From contig CBEUCN010000001.1 of the NCBI GenBank assembly GCA_965541635.1, forward strand, positions 13,526-77,525: a stretch of DNA of 64,000 bases. Direction: 5' to 3'. Both the position numbers and the translations under genes were made by a program. Shown here piece by piece: positions 1-10,961 of the stretch. The first letter of the stretch is position 1. Each line of letters starts with the position of its first letter. Below the pieces are notes generated by a model. It made no database searches. It was not told the origin of the DNA and was given only the letters and a program-made list of their open reading frames with translations. The DNA is from an uncultured bacterium (GTDB lineage: Bacteria; Omnitrophota; Gorgyraeia; Kaelpiales; Kaelpiaceae).

Positions 1-417
1 TAAAATATTAATTTTATTTTTAAAACCTAAAAAATGCAAGTCTTTTTCTTCTATACTGGTAAGAATTGTAACTGCAAGCATTAACGGACGTCTGTCTTTG
101 GAGTATTTGTCTAAAACTTTTCTGACTTCAGAAAGCATTCTTTTGCCTCCCAGAGCATGAACTGTAAACATTTTGATCCCAAACTTACATATCTTTTTTA
201 CAGTTTCTGCTACCTGTGTAGGAATATCATGGAGTTTCAAATCTAAAAAGACTTCACCCCCGTTTCTGTTGACCAGTTCTATAATCTGGAGACCATAAGG
301 AACAAATAGCCGAGGCCCTATTTTGAATATCTTCACAACCGAAGAAAGCCGTTTTATATACTTTTCTGCCTTATTAATACTATCCACATCAAGGGCGACA
401 ATAATCCTATCAGTCAT
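1..417 (-). CDS. pyrF: Orotidine-5'-phosphate decarboxylase (3' end runs off the window)
   Basis: Not in ORF track. Manual translation from ATG at 417: MTDRIIVALDVDS...FKIGP...VFLDLKLHDIPTQV (DxKxxD motif). Overlaps pyrD stop. Confidence 0.95.
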   Translation of the reverse strand, partial: MTDRIIVALDVDSINKAEKYIKRLSSVVKIFKIGPRLFVPYGLQIIELVNRNGGEVFLDLKLHDIPTQVAETVKKICKFGIKMFTVHALGGKRMLSEVRKVLDKYSKDRRPLMLAVTILTSIEEKDLHFLGFKNKINIL

Positions 418-1348
418 CAACTTTCAAACTCCCAATTAACTGGGCATAACTCAGGTGATGATGAACAAGATAACTTTTTATTCCCAAGACAATCTCTAAA
501 GGTGCCCGAGGATTTATGAAATTAACTGTCCCTAGAGCAACAAATGTGGCACCACAGATTATATATTCCAAAGCATCCTCATAATCCATAATTCCACCAC
601 TGGCAATTATTGGTACTGTTTTCACGCTATTATAGACATCCCATAGTTTCTTCAAAGTCAACGGCTTAATAGCAGGGCCACTGAGTCCTCCCACAATATT
701 TGCTAGTTTAGGCCGGCGAGTCTCAATATCCACAGCCATTGCTGGATAGGTATTGGCAACCGTAATGCCATCAGCACCAGCATCCACAACCGCCTGGGCA
801 ACTGCGGTTATATCAGTAACATCAGGAGAAAGTTTAACTATAATTGGCTTAGTGGTGGATTCCCGCACTGCCTTCACCACCCCATAACTCATATAGGCAT
901 CTTGGGCAAATAAAAGATTTTCTTCCTTACTTCTCTCTAAGTTAGGACAGGAAATATTTATCTCAATAGCCGCAACATTTTCTTCTCTATCTAAATGAGA
1001 AGCAATGCCAGCATATTCTTCAATACTAAAGCCTGCGATACTAGTAATTATCGGAATCTGAAGTTCACTACTCAACTTAGGTAAAATCTTCTTTACATAG
1101 TAATAAATTCCTTCATTCTGCAATCCAATAGAATTAAGCATTCCACAATCAACCTCTGTAGTCCGAGGCATAGGATTACCTTCTCTCTTATCTAAGGTGA
1201 TTGTTTTAGTAACCACAGCACCACAGTGCTTAAATGGAAACACATCTGATATCACTTCATCATATTCCCAACATCCAGAAGCAATGATCACAGGATTCTG
1301 AAACTTTATACCCCAGCATTCCACAGTTAAATCTAAATTCTCTCCCAT
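410..1348 (-). CDS. pyrD: Dihydroorotate dehydrogenase, family 1B catalytic subunit
   Basis: NPVIIASG, EINISCPN (catalytic Cys), GGLSGPAIKP; adjacent to pyrK. Confidence 0.95.
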   Translation of the reverse strand: MGENLDLTVECWGIKFQNPVIIASGCWEYDEVISDVFPFKHCGAVVTKTITLDKREGNPMPRTTEVDCGMLNSIGLQNEGIYYYVKKILPKLSSELQIPIITSIAGFSIEEYAGIASHLDREENVAAIEINISCPNLERSKEENLLFAQDAYMSYGVVKAVRESTTKPIIVKLSPDVTDITAVAQAVVDAGADGITVANTYPAMAVDIETRRPKLANIVGGLSGPAIKPLTLKKLWDVYNSVKTVPIIASGGIMDYEDALEYIICGATFVALGTVNFINPRAPLEIVLGIKSYLVHHHLSYAQLIGSLKVDD

Positions 1349-2088
1349 AGCACAATCTCCGGAGAAAATACCGGACCTTCTTTACATATTCTCAAAAGTC
1401 CTTTCTGAGTAGGCAAAACACATCCCCAGCAAAATCCCACCCCACAGGCAAAATGAGATTCAAATGAGAAGTAAGCAGAATTTTTAGATTTAATCTTTTC
1501 ATATATTGCCCTGAGCATCTCAATAGGGCCTGCAGAATAAATACAACCATTTATCTCCGATATAAACTCTGTAACTATCCCTTTCTTCCCTACACTACCA
1601 TCCTCAGTTATTAGTTCCACTTCTGTATTATCAGGTAAAAATTCACTAAATGCTTTAACTTCTTTACTCTTACTTCCAATGAAGAATTTTAAAGTTAGCA
1701 TGGTTTTCTCTTTAATAAGTTCTTTGGCTAGAAAATGTAATGGAGCAAATCCTGTTCCTCCAGAAATAAATATCACATTTTTTTTATCGGGTTGGGGGAA
1801 ATAATTACCCAAAGGGAATATCACATCCACAACATTTGATTTTTTAAGTGTAGTCATCTTATGAGTAACTTTACCCCGCAATTTATACAAAATTTTTATG
1901 TTTCCATCCTGATAATCAAATATACTGAATGGTCTTCTCAAAAACTGAACATCTTCATTTAAACTCAACTGCAAAAATTGCCCAGGCCTGACTTCGACAT
2001 TTTCGTTTGTTTCTAAAATCAAAAGAAAATGTTTTGGGGCTATTTCTTTATTGCAAATGACTTTTAATTTTTTACGAATGGCTTTCAC
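1333..2088 (-). CDS. pyrK: Dihydroorotate dehydrogenase electron-transfer subunit
   Basis: RRPFSI, GGTGFAP, CGVGFCWGC..CKEGPVF [2Fe-2S] motif. Start re-assigned to GTG at 2088 (GTGA overlap with mutM stop) instead of 2166. Confidence 0.92.
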   Translation of the reverse strand: MKAIRKKLKVICNKEIAPKHFLLILETNENVEVRPGQFLQLSLNEDVQFLRRPFSIFDYQDGNIKILYKLRGKVTHKMTTLKKSNVVDVIFPLGNYFPQPDKKNVIFISGGTGFAPLHFLAKELIKEKTMLTLKFFIGSKSKEVKAFSEFLPDNTEVELITEDGSVGKKGIVTEFISEINGCIYSAGPIEMLRAIYEKIKSKNSAYFSFESHFACGVGFCWGCVLPTQKGLLRICKEGPVFSPEIVLWERI

Positions 2089-2888
2089 CGCTGACACCCT
2101 GGACAATAGTATACAGACCTCCCCCCCACCTTCACCCGGTGAATCCTGTTGGGACAGAAAGAACAAAATTCTCCCTCTTTCCCATAAACCATATGTTCAT
2201 ACCTATATTTACCAGGATTTCCCCAGGCATCAAGATAAGTATCAATAGAAGAGCCTCCTGCTTTCAATGCTTTATTTAATATTTCCAGAATAGCATAATA
2301 AAGATTTTCTACTTCCTTATCTTTAAGTTCGGAACTTTTTCTAAAGGGACTTATCTTCGCTCTATACAGGATCTCATTGGCATATATATTACCGATACCA
2401 GCAATTATTCTCTGATCCATAAGAAAGTTATACATTTGCTTATTTCTTTTTTTCAAAAGAGATTTTAAAAGATAGGAATTGAATTTGGGAGATAGAGGGT
2501 CTACTCCCATTTCTTTTATTAATGGAACCTGTTCCGATTTTTTAACCAGATACCACTCACCCAGTTTCCTTTTATCCCGATAACATAAAAAACTATTATC
2601 AGCAAATATCAATTTAATACAAAAATTATCATTACTACCATAAACAATCTGTCCAGTCATCCTAAGATGTATCACAATCTTAAATCCGTTTGTTAATTCC
2701 AGTATTAAAAACTTACCTTTGCGGTGTATGTTTTTGATCCTGGACCTGATATTTTTCTTCCAGACTGGAATTGTCCGAGGTTTTTTTAAAATCTTTTTCT
2801 CTCTCACCTCGATATCCCTAATCCTTTTACCTACAATTAAACTCTGAAGATCATGTCTGATTGTTTCTACCTCTGGTAACTCTGGCAT
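2085..2888 (-). CDS. mutM: Formamidopyrimidine-DNA glycosylase (Fpg)
   Basis: MPELPEVE N-terminus, [16 protein letters not shown]-terminal CxxC..CxxCQ zinc finger. Confidence 0.97.
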   Translation of the reverse strand: MPELPEVETIRHDLQSLIVGKRIRDIEVREKKILKKPRTIPVWKKNIRSRIKNIHRKGKFLILELTNGFKIVIHLRMTGQIVYGSNDNFCIKLIFADNSFLCYRDKRKLGEWYLVKKSEQVPLIKEMGVDPLSPKFNSYLLKSLLKKRNKQMYNFLMDQRIIAGIGNIYANEILYRAKISPFRKSSELKDKEVENLYYAILEILNKALKAGGSSIDTYLDAWGNPGKYRYEHMVYGKEGEFCSFCPNRIHRVKVGGRSVYYCPGCQR

Positions 2889-5800
2889 AACTTACTCCTT
2901 TGATTATGATATTCCTGTAATGACTTTACACTCAATTTACTGGTTAGTAAAGATTCTAAAGCATTTACTGTCGCCTGAGCACCAGGGATAGTGGTTACGA
3001 TAGGTATTCCATATTGAATGGCATGACTGCGAATCTTTACCTCATGCTCTCTGGGGACTTTACCGGAAGGAGTATTTATTATCAACTGAATCTCGCGATT
3101 TTTTATCAAATCCAAAACATTGGGCCTTCCTTCTTGAATTTTATAAACAGTCTTTACATCTACCCCATGAGTATGTAAAACCTTGGCTGTTCCGGAAGTA
3201 GCAATTAAAGAAAATCCCAAATCTTTAAGTCTTTTGGCTATAAATACAATCTTTCTTTTATCTTTATTCTTTACACTTACGAAAATCTGACCTCTTTTAG
3301 GTAAATTCTGACCCGCCCCTATTTGAGATTTAAGGTAGGCTTTCCCGAATTCAGTATCAATACCCATAACCTCCCCTGTAGATTTCATCTCGGGGCCCAA
3401 AATTATATCCACTCCCGGGAATCTATTAAATGGAAATACCGATTCCTTAACTGCAACGTAATCTATATTAACCTCTGTTGTAAATCCCAATTCTTTAAGA
3501 CTCTTTCCAGTCATAACCTTGGCTGCTAATTTTGCTAAAGGAACACCTATGGCTTTACTCACAAATGGAATTGTCCTGGAAGCGCGGGGATTTACTTCCA
3601 GAACATATATATCATCCTCCTTCACTGCATACTGGACATTCATCAACCCCACGATGTTTAACTCCCTGGCCATGGCAATTGTATACTGTTTTATTTTACG
3701 AACAATCTCATCGGGAAGACTATATGGTGGTAGGACCATCGCTGAATCTCCAGAATGAACTCCAGCCTCTTCAATATGTTCCATAACTCCACCGATTACC
3801 TGATGCTTACCATCAGCTATCATATCAACATCAACCTCGATAGAATCCTCAAGATATTTATCTATAAGAACTGGATGCTCCTCAGATGCCTGAACAGCAA
3901 ATTTCATAAACCTTTCCAGATCACCATCATCGTAAACAATTTCCATTGCTCTTCCACCCAGAACATAAGAAGGACGTAAAAGCACAGGATATCCTATTTC
4001 ATGAGCAATTCTCTTCGCCTCCTCCAAATTAGTAGCGGTACCATTGGGAGGCTGTTTGATGCTTAATTTCTCCAGAAGTTGTTTGAATCTTTTACGATCC
4101 TCTGCCCTATCTATACTATCAGCAGAAGTGCCCAGAATATTTACTCCTGCCTCCCGAAGTGGTACTGAAAGGTTTAAAGGAGTTTGACCACCAAACTGAA
4201 CAATTATCCCTTCCGGTTTTTCTTGATAAATTATGTTAAGGACATCTTCTTTGGTCAGAGGCTCAAAATACAACTTATCAGCAGTATCATAATCAGTAGA
4301 GACTGTTTCCGGATTGGAATTTATCATTATGGTTTCATATCCCAGTTCTCGAAGAGCAAATACTGCATGCACGCAACAGTAATCAAATTCAATTCCCTGT
4401 CCAATTCTATTAGGTCCTCCTCCCAGAATAGCAATCTTTTTCCTTTTAGTTATTCTGGCTTCATTTTCCCGTTCATAGGTAGAATAATAATAAGGAGTAT
4501 AAGCCTCGAATTCTGCTGAACAGGTATCGACCAGTTTATATACACATTTTATATTATGACTCTCACGCAAAGTTCTTATTTCATCTTCACTTCTCCCCAG
4601 AATCCAGGCTAATTGACGGTCAGAAAATCCATATTGCTTTGCCTTATACATAACTTCTGAAGGCAATCCCTGATCGGAGAATAAATTGCGGGAATACCTC
4701 TCTTTAAGATACTCTCCAAAATCTACAATTTCTTTTATCTGAGCCAAAAACCATCTATCTATCTTTGTGAATTCATAAATCTCATCTATACTAATTCCTC
4801 TTTTTAATGCCTCTTTTATATAGAAGACTCTCTCGGCATTGGGAATGATAAGTTTTTTTCTTAACTCCTCATCATTAATTGTACTTTCTGCCTCTCTGCC
4901 ATCGTAACCTAAACCAAATCTCCCAATTTCCAGTGACCGCAAACCTTTCTGAAGTGCTTCCTTAAATGTTCTACCAATTGCCATCACCTCTCCTACTGAT
5001 TTCATTTGAGTAGTCAATGTGGAATCAGCCGAAGGGAATTTTTCAAATGCCCACCGTGGAATTTTTACAACGCAATAGTCTATTACCGGCTCGAATGATG
5101 CTGGAGTTTTTTTAGTAATATCATTAGGAATTTCATCCAGAGTATAACCAACAGCCAATTTAGCAGCAATCTTAGCAATGGGAAAACCTGTAGCCTTGGA
5201 AGCAAGTGCTGATGACCGCGAAACCCGGGGATTCATCTCTATTATAACCATACGACCATTGTCAGGGTGAATAGCAAACTGAATGTTGGAGCCACCGGTT
5301 TCAACACCAATTTCCCGAATACAGGCAATTGCTGCATCCCGCATTCTCTGATATTCCTTATCAGTTAATGTCTGAGCAGGAGCAACCGTTATGGAATCCC
5401 CGGTATGAATTCCCATGGGGTCAAAGTTCTCTATGGAACATATAATAACCACATTATCTTTGAGGTCACGCATTACCTCAAGTTCAAATTCCTTCCAGCC
5501 AATAACTGATTCTTCAATTAAAATTTCATTAATCATAGAAAGAGAAAGTCCTCTTTGGGCTATCTCCTCAAATTCCTCCCAGTTATAAGCCACTCCACCT
5601 CCAGTACCACCAAGGGTAAAACTGGGACGAATAATTACAGGAAATCCCAATTTTTCCGCTATTTCTTTTGCCTCATCCAAATTATAAGCCTTGCCACTTC
5701 GGGGAACTTCCAGACCTATCTTTTCCATTGCCTCCTTAAATAACTGGCGATCCTCAGCCTTACGTATTGCCTGTTCATTGGCTCCAATTAGTTTAACCTT

Positions 5801-6133
5801 ATGCTTCCTTAAAATACCTTCTTCTGCTGCCTTCACTGCTACATTTAAGGCTGTCTGCCCTCCCAGTGTAGGAAGCAGAGCATCAACTTTTTCTCTTTCC
5901 AGTATCTTATCCAATACCTCAACTGTGATGGGTTCAATATAAGTACGGTCAGCAAATTCCGGATCAGTCATAATGGTAGCAGGATTGGAGTTTAAAAGCA
6001 CAACCTCAAATCCTTCCTGTTTCAACGCCTTACAGGCCTGAGTCCCGGAGTAATCAAATTCACAGGCCTGTCCGATTACAATTGGACCAGAACCAATTAT
6101 CAAAATTTTTCTTATATCAGTCCTCTTAGGCAT
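2867..6133 (-). CDS. carB: Carbamoyl-phosphate synthase large subunit
   Basis: [24 protein letters not shown], duplicated ATP-grasp domains, C-terminal MGS domain. Confidence 0.99.
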   Translation of the reverse strand: MPKRTDIRKILIIGSGPIVIGQACEFDYSGTQACKALKQEGFEVVLLNSNPATIMTDPEFADRTYIEPITVEVLDKILEREKVDALLPTLGGQTALNVAVKAAEEGILRKHKVKLIGANEQAIRKAEDRQLFKEAMEKIGLEVPRSGKAYNLDEAKEIAEKLGFPVIIRPSFTLGGTGGGVAYNWEEFEEIAQRGLSLSMINEILIEESVIGWKEFELEVMRDLKDNVVIICSIENFDPMGIHTGDSITVAPAQTLTDKEYQRMRDAAIACIREIGVETGGSNIQFAIHPDNGRMVIIEMNPRVSRSSALASKATGFPIAKIAAKLAVGYTLDEIPNDITKKTPASFEPVIDYCVVKIPRWAFEKFPSADSTLTTQMKSVGEVMAIGRTFKEALQKGLRSLEIGRFGLGYDGREAESTINDEELRKKLIIPNAERVFYIKEALKRGISIDEIYEFTKIDRWFLAQIKEIVDFGEYLKERYSRNLFSDQGLPSEVMYKAKQYGFSDRQLAWILGRSEDEIRTLRESHNIKCVYKLVDTCSAEFEAYTPYYYSTYERENEARITKRKKIAILGGGPNRIGQGIEFDYCCVHAVFALRELGYETIMINSNPETVSTDYDTADKLYFEPLTKEDVLNIIYQEKPEGIIVQFGGQTPLNLSVPLREAGVNILGTSADSIDRAEDRKRFKQLLEKLSIKQPPNGTATNLEEAKRIAHEIGYPVLLRPSYVLGGRAMEIVYDDGDLERFMKFAVQASEEHPVLIDKYLEDSIEVDVDMIADGKHQVIGGVMEHIEEAGVHSGDSAMVLPPYSLPDEIVRKIKQYTIAMARELNIVGLMNVQYAVKEDDIYVLEVNPRASRTIPFVSKAIGVPLAKLAAKVMTGKSLKELGFTTEVNIDYVAVKESVFPFNRFPGVDIILGPEMKSTGEVMGIDTEFGKAYLKSQIGAGQNLPKRGQIFVSVKNKDKRKIVFIAKRLKDLGFSLIATSGTAKVLHTHGVDVKTVYKIQEGRPNVLDLIKNREIQLIINTPSGKVPREHEVKIRSHAIQYGIPIVTTIPGAQATVNALESLLTSKLSVKSLQEYHNQRSKLCQSYQR

Positions 6134-7202
6134 TTTTTTTCACCAGATCTATAAACTCTTTAAATATATGCTTGGCATCATTAGGTCCTGGTCCTGCTTC
6201 TGGATGATACTGCACAGCCATTATTGGCATCTTTTTATGCCGGAAACCCTCCAGAGTTTTATCATAAAGATTTATATGAGTTATATGACAACAATCTGAA
6301 ATGGAATCAGGATCAACACAGAAACCATGATTCTGGGCAGTAATATCAATTTTACCCGTATTTAAATCCTTAACAGGATGATTGCCTCCGTGATGACCAA
6401 ATTTCAACTTATAAGTTTTTCCGCCAAGTGCAAGCCCCAGTATCTGATGACCAAGACATATCCCGAATATTGGTAACTTACCCAAAAGTTTTTTAAGTTC
6501 AGTTATAACATGAATAACTGCTGCTGGATCGCCCGGCCCATTGGAAACCAAAAGTCCCTGAGGTTTATCTTTAAGAATATCCTCACCACTGGAATGGACA
6601 GGATAAACTTTAACCCGGCAGTTATTTTTTGCCAGCATCTGGAGAATACTTCTCTTAACTCCACAATCCCAGACAGCAATCTCCACTTCTCCTTCTTCTT
6701 GAAAATAATAAGGCTGGGTACAACTTACCTCACAGGCTAAGTTTCTTCCCACCATCTGGGGGGACTGTAGAACACGCTCTAATAGTGATTGGGGATTTAA
6801 ATCCACACTGGAAATACCACCCCGCATTGCTCCCTTAATTCTTATTTTCCTGGTCAACTCTCTGGTATCAATTCCTTCAATTCCTGTAATTTTATATTTT
6901 TCCAGATAAGAGTGTAAATCCTCTTCTGCTCTCCAGTTGGAAACCAGTGGTGAAAGTTCCCGGACCACAAATCCCTCCACTTGAGGACGGACAGATTCTA
7001 TATCTTCAGAGTTAACACCATAATTTCCAATATGGGGATAAGTCATACATACAATCTGTCCTTTATAGGAAGGGTCGGTCAAAATCTCCTGATAACCGGT
7101 TATACTGGTATTGAAAACTACTTCTCCCAATTTTTCACCCGGATACCCAAACGCCCGTCCTTCAAAATAACTTCCATCCTCAAGAACAAGTATCGCCTTC
7201 AT
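6126..7202 (-). CDS. carA: Carbamoyl-phosphate synthase small subunit
   Basis: GEVVFNT, LTDPSY, SNGPGDP, GICLGHQ, QYHPEA. Confidence 0.99.
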   Translation of the reverse strand: MKAILVLEDGSYFEGRAFGYPGEKLGEVVFNTSITGYQEILTDPSYKGQIVCMTYPHIGNYGVNSEDIESVRPQVEGFVVRELSPLVSNWRAEEDLHSYLEKYKITGIEGIDTRELTRKIRIKGAMRGGISSVDLNPQSLLERVLQSPQMVGRNLACEVSCTQPYYFQEEGEVEIAVWDCGVKRSILQMLAKNNCRVKVYPVHSSGEDILKDKPQGLLVSNGPGDPAAVIHVITELKKLLGKLPIFGICLGHQILGLALGGKTYKLKFGHHGGNHPVKDLNTGKIDITAQNHGFCVDPDSISDCCHITHINLYDKTLEGFRHKKMPIMAVQYHPEAGPGPNDAKHIFKEFIDLVKKNA

Positions 7203-7203
7203 A

Positions 7204-8439
7204 TCAGAAAAGGCTCAATTGTTTCTCCCCACCCTTTTCCTGTTCTTGGTCGTCAAATACTTTTATCTTTCCATAAACCCCATCATATCCGGGCTCAATT
7301 TTCACATTACCATTCCTCACTCTGATTATCCCCTCCGCCAATTTAGAAGGCAAATTCTCTCTCAAAAAATCCTCCTCTATATGAAGTAGAATTTCCAGTT
7401 CTGACCCAAATCTCTGAATTAAACTTTTATATTCAGTTATCACTGACTGAGCATTTTTCTGAACACCTTTAGTCTCAGCAATTATTTCATCCAGAGGTAT
7501 TAAATTTTTAAAAGGGATTGCAGACTCAGGGACAACTCCTTCTTCTCTATCAGCAAGTTGTTCCACACGATGCATAACTCCAATTGTTAATGGCCTTTTG
7601 CATACCGGACAGATATTATTAAGTTTCATACTCTCTCTGGGCGAAAGTCTTATTCCACAATTGCGATGACCATCATAATGATATTTCCCCTCCTGAGGAT
7701 AAAATTCTATGGTATATAAAAACTTGCTTTTATCTTTATTCCTCATGGCAGTAATTATTTCCATATAATCAATCTTCGTATCCAGAACATTTGCCTCCCT
7801 ACCAATTCTGGAAGGGGAATGACTATCGGAATTGGAAACCAAAATATAAGAATCAAGTTTAGAAAGACGCCAGTTCATCGCAGGATCACTGGAAAGACCT
7901 GTTTCCAGAGCATATATATATTTGGTATAAGGACCAAAACATTCTTCAATATCATCAAATCCAGAGTTGGAGCCAAACAGACTGAACCAAGGAGTCCAAA
8001 TATGGCAGGGAATAATCATACAATCAGTGCTTATCCCCAGAATAATCTCCACCAAATCCTTTGCTGACAGTCCCAAAACCGGCCTACCATCAGCACTAAG
8101 ATTTCCAAATTTAGCCAGTTGGCTATTAATCTTTTCCACTATTTCAAATGATGGCGCCATTATCAAGTTGTGAATCTTGCGCAGTTTTCCTCCCTGAGAA
8201 TAAACATTGGAAACTTCAGCAGTGAGTATATAATGAATGCCCTTATATTCATAAATTCCATAACTTTTAGGTGTAAGTTTAGATTTTAACTCCTGAAGCC
8301 ACAAAAAATGAGTAAAATCTCCAGTGCCTAAAACATCTATCCCTTTAAGTTTAGCAAACTCACTGAGATGGTCCAAATCCATGTCCCTACTTGTAGCACG
8401 GCTGTATTTAGAATGAATGTGAAAATCAATTACTATCAT
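7204..8439 (-). CDS. Endonuclease Q family protein (PHP domain, TIGR00375-like)
   Basis: DFHIHSKYS, GTGDFTH, HIWTPW, ETGLSSD, SNSDSHS..GREAN, GKYHYDGH, CPVC. Ends in QLSLF. Confidence 0.9.
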   Translation of the reverse strand: MIVIDFHIHSKYSRATSRDMDLDHLSEFAKLKGIDVLGTGDFTHFLWLQELKSKLTPKSYGIYEYKGIHYILTAEVSNVYSQGGKLRKIHNLIMAPSFEIVEKINSQLAKFGNLSADGRPVLGLSAKDLVEIILGISTDCMIIPCHIWTPWFSLFGSNSGFDDIEECFGPYTKYIYALETGLSSDPAMNWRLSKLDSYILVSNSDSHSPSRIGREANVLDTKIDYMEIITAMRNKDKSKFLYTIEFYPQEGKYHYDGHRNCGIRLSPRESMKLNNICPVCKRPLTIGVMHRVEQLADREEGVVPESAIPFKNLIPLDEIIAETKGVQKNAQSVITEYKSLIQRFGSELEILLHIEEDFLRENLPSKLAEGIIRVRNGNVKIEPGYDGVYGKIKVFDDQEQEKGGEKQLSLF

Positions 8440-8884
8440 CTAAAATCTCCTGCAAATATTTATTAGCGAGGTCCCAGTGTGTTCCCTTCCAGAATATTTT
8501 TTTACATTTGGGACATTTATAAAACTCATTCTGAGTCTGGTAGACATATTGGGGAACTTTATCTTTAACCAGTTGCTTATCTACTTTTCTAATCTCAGCA
8601 TTGCAGTCGGTACATCTTGAAAACAGATTGTCAGGATTTATATCTAAACCAATTTTTTCTTTCAGTTCCCTTATCTGATCCTTAAGACAGTCGTAATGAA
8701 TAATAACTTTCTTCACTGCTGATTCCTGTGCGAGTTTTTTTCGCCGGGTGAGAATAATTCTATCTTCTTGGAGTGCTTTTACAATCAACGAACTGTCTCT
8801 TCCCCGAAAATAATAAGCATCATAACCCACTATTCTCAACCATCGACATAATCTGCCGAGTTCAGGAGTAAGGATAAATTTCAC
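8426..8884 (-). CDS. Mut7-C RNase (PIN-like) domain protein with zinc ribbon
   Basis: LGRLCRWLRIVGYD, FSRCTDCN, CPKCKKIFWKGTHW match the Mut7-C pattern. Confidence 0.88.
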   Translation of the reverse strand: MKFILTPELGRLCRWLRIVGYDAYYFRGRDSSLIVKALQEDRIILTRRKKLAQESAVKKVIIHYDCLKDQIRELKEKIGLDINPDNLFSRCTDCNAEIRKVDKQLVKDKVPQYVYQTQNEFYKCPKCKKIFWKGTHWDLANKYLQEILDDSN

Positions 8885-9666
8885 TCTCCTGTATTTTGTT
8901 CTTTATTAGTTCTTACCTTCTGCTGTTTCTTCTCAAGAATCTGCCTTGCCTGATTTGTAGAATCAATTACATTTATCCCCTCTGGCTGCTTGAAAGTAAA
9001 CTCACTGGCAGGAATATCAATGTTTACCTTAACATCTTTGAGAACCTGATAAAACACTAAATTGCCATCGGAATCATAATATTCTGCTTTTCTCTGGAGA
9101 CCATCATTTATTCCTACCCAGATTTTTACTCGAGAAACATTCTGGGGTAAATCCATATTTTCTTTTCTGGCTTCACTCAACTGGCCTTCAAACACATATA
9201 CCTTTTCACCATCGAGGTTTTTTATTCCCAGATATTTTATATTTTCCTTTTGAACATCTGCCACAGGACTCTCTACCTTACTCTGTCCTTCCACCAAATC
9301 TTTAGCCTGAGGGAATTCTTTTTTCAGAGCTGCAAGGTCGACTTTAGATGCCAGTTTAAAAAACGGCATATACTGCCACATTGTTAAACCATCAGAATAC
9401 ATATACTGTTTGGTGCGGTCTTCTCCTTTCACTCCAATTTCCATCCGGAGTTTATCTGGCCTCACAAATTTTATCTCACCACTTAACTCCATTATCCCTC
9501 TTTCGGTTTGAAGAAATACCATCTCAATCTTTGCCTGATAGGATTTAAGATTCTTAATTTTGTTCTGAATGTCATTTAAAACCTTGGTAAGTTCATCTTC
9601 TTCTGCTTTACCCTGCAATCCCACCAGTAACAAACCTACGGCTAAAAGCGCTGCTAGTTTCTTCAT
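8881..9666 (-). CDS. LolA-like outer-membrane lipoprotein carrier/sorting family protein
   Basis: Signal peptide, SGEIKFVRPDKLRME, SDGLTMWQY, NIDIPASEFTFKQPEG. Confidence 0.78.
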   Translation of the reverse strand: MKKLAALLAVGLLLVGLQGKAEEDELTKVLNDIQNKIKNLKSYQAKIEMVFLQTERGIMELSGEIKFVRPDKLRMEIGVKGEDRTKQYMYSDGLTMWQYMPFFKLASKVDLAALKKEFPQAKDLVEGQSKVESPVADVQKENIKYLGIKNLDGEKVYVFEGQLSEARKENMDLPQNVSRVKIWVGINDGLQRKAEYYDSDGNLVFYQVLKDVKVNIDIPASEFTFKQPEGINVIDSTNQARQILEKKQQKVRTNKEQNTGE

Positions 9667-10961
9667 GTCTCTTCCTCCTTGTGTTTAAAATTTTCCATAA
9701 CAAGTTTCCCCCCCGCAATTACATCTCTAATTCTGCCCTCAAACTGCCATCCTAAAAAAGGAGTATTTCTGCTACGGGAAATAATCTCACCTGAAGTATA
9801 TTCCCACTTGACCTTAGGATTAAAAATTACAACATCAGCCCTCATTCCTTCTTTAATCTCTCCACGATCATTTAATCCCAGAATTTTGGCAGGATTTAAA
9901 CTGAAACTGGCAATCAATCTTAAAGGATCAATTAACTCTTGCATTACCAGTTTCCAGCCAATAACAAACGCAGTCTCCAACCCAATTATTCCAAATTCTG
10001 CACTGGCAAACTCGCAATCCTTTTCTTCAGGAGAATGAGGAGCATGGTCAGTTGAGATGCAATCAATTATTCCTGAAGATAATCCAGAAATTAAAGCTTT
10101 CCTGTCATCTTCGGTGCGCAATGGGGGGTTCACCTTAGCATTTGTATTGTAACTGCCTATTGCCTGCTCATTCAAAATCAAATAATGGGGACAGGTATCC
10201 ACTGTAACTTTTAACCCTCTCTCCTTGGCTGTTTTTATTTCCTCCAGCCCTTTTTTGGTACTAAGATGGGTTATATGCAATCTGGCATTGCTCAACTCTG
10301 CCAGTTCTAAATCTCGTTTTATAGCCACAATCTCAGCAGTGGCTGGCATTCCTTTCAATCCCAACATGACTGAATAAGTCCCTTCATTCATCTCTCCATT
10401 CTTTGTCAATGATTTATCCTCACAGTGCTGAATTATAATAGTATCAAGCATCAAACTATATTCCAGAGCCCTACGCATCAACAAGGAATCCTCAACCCAG
10501 TTTCCATCATCAGAAAAACCTACACATCCTGCCTCCCTCATCCTTGCCATCTCAGTTAACTCCTTTCCCTGTCTTTCTTTAGTTATTGCTCCCACTGGCA
10601 AAATATCTATTAAATTCACCTCGTTACTTCTTTTACAAATATATCTTACCATACCAGGGTTATCGATTGCCGGTTGCGTATTGGGCATAACACATACAGT
10701 AGTAAAGCCTCCTTTTATGGCTGACAGGGAACCAGAATAAAAATCTTCCTCATCTTCTCTTCCCGGTTCCCGAAAATGAGCGTGCATATCTATAAATCCA
10801 GGTAGAACATAAAGGCCCTCAGCAGAGATTATTTTATCTGCTTTATCAGATATATTATCTGCAATTTTTGTAATTATACCGTCAGAAACAAGTATGTCCT
10901 TAGGCTTAAAATCCCAATTTTTAAAGTCAGCCACATTTCCGCCTTTAATTACTATCCTCAA
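9663..10961 (-). CDS. pyrC: Dihydroorotase (type I)
   Basis: PGFIDMHAHFREPG, GGFTTV..MPNT, KVNPPLR, TDHAPH. Start placed at TTG 10961 behind a GGAGG. Confidence 0.96.
   Translation of the reverse strand: MRIVIKGGNVADFKNWDFKPKDILVSDGIITKIADNISDKADKIISAEGLYVLPGFIDMHAHFREPGREDEEDFYSGSLSAIKGGFTTVCVMPNTQPAIDNPGMVRYICKRSNEVNLIDILPVGAITKERQGKELTEMARMREAGCVGFSDDGNWVEDSLLMRRALEYSLMLDTIIIQHCEDKSLTKNGEMNEGTYSVMLGLKGMPATAEIVAIKRDLELAELSNARLHITHLSTKKGLEEIKTAKERGLKVTVDTCPHYLILNEQAIGSYNTNAKVNPPLRTEDDRKALISGLSSGIIDCISTDHAPHSPEEKDCEFASAEFGIIGLETAFVIGWKLVMQELIDPLRLIASFSLNPAKILGLNDRGEIKEGMRADVVIFNPKVKWEYTSGEIISRSRNTPFLGWQFEGRIRDVIAGGKLVMENFKHKEEET

Noticed and set aside
2089-2166. N-terminal extension of pyrK in the ORF track
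   Set aside because: Overlaps the mutM zinc-finger codons; the GTG at 2088 gives a normal-length protein with a GTGA overlap.
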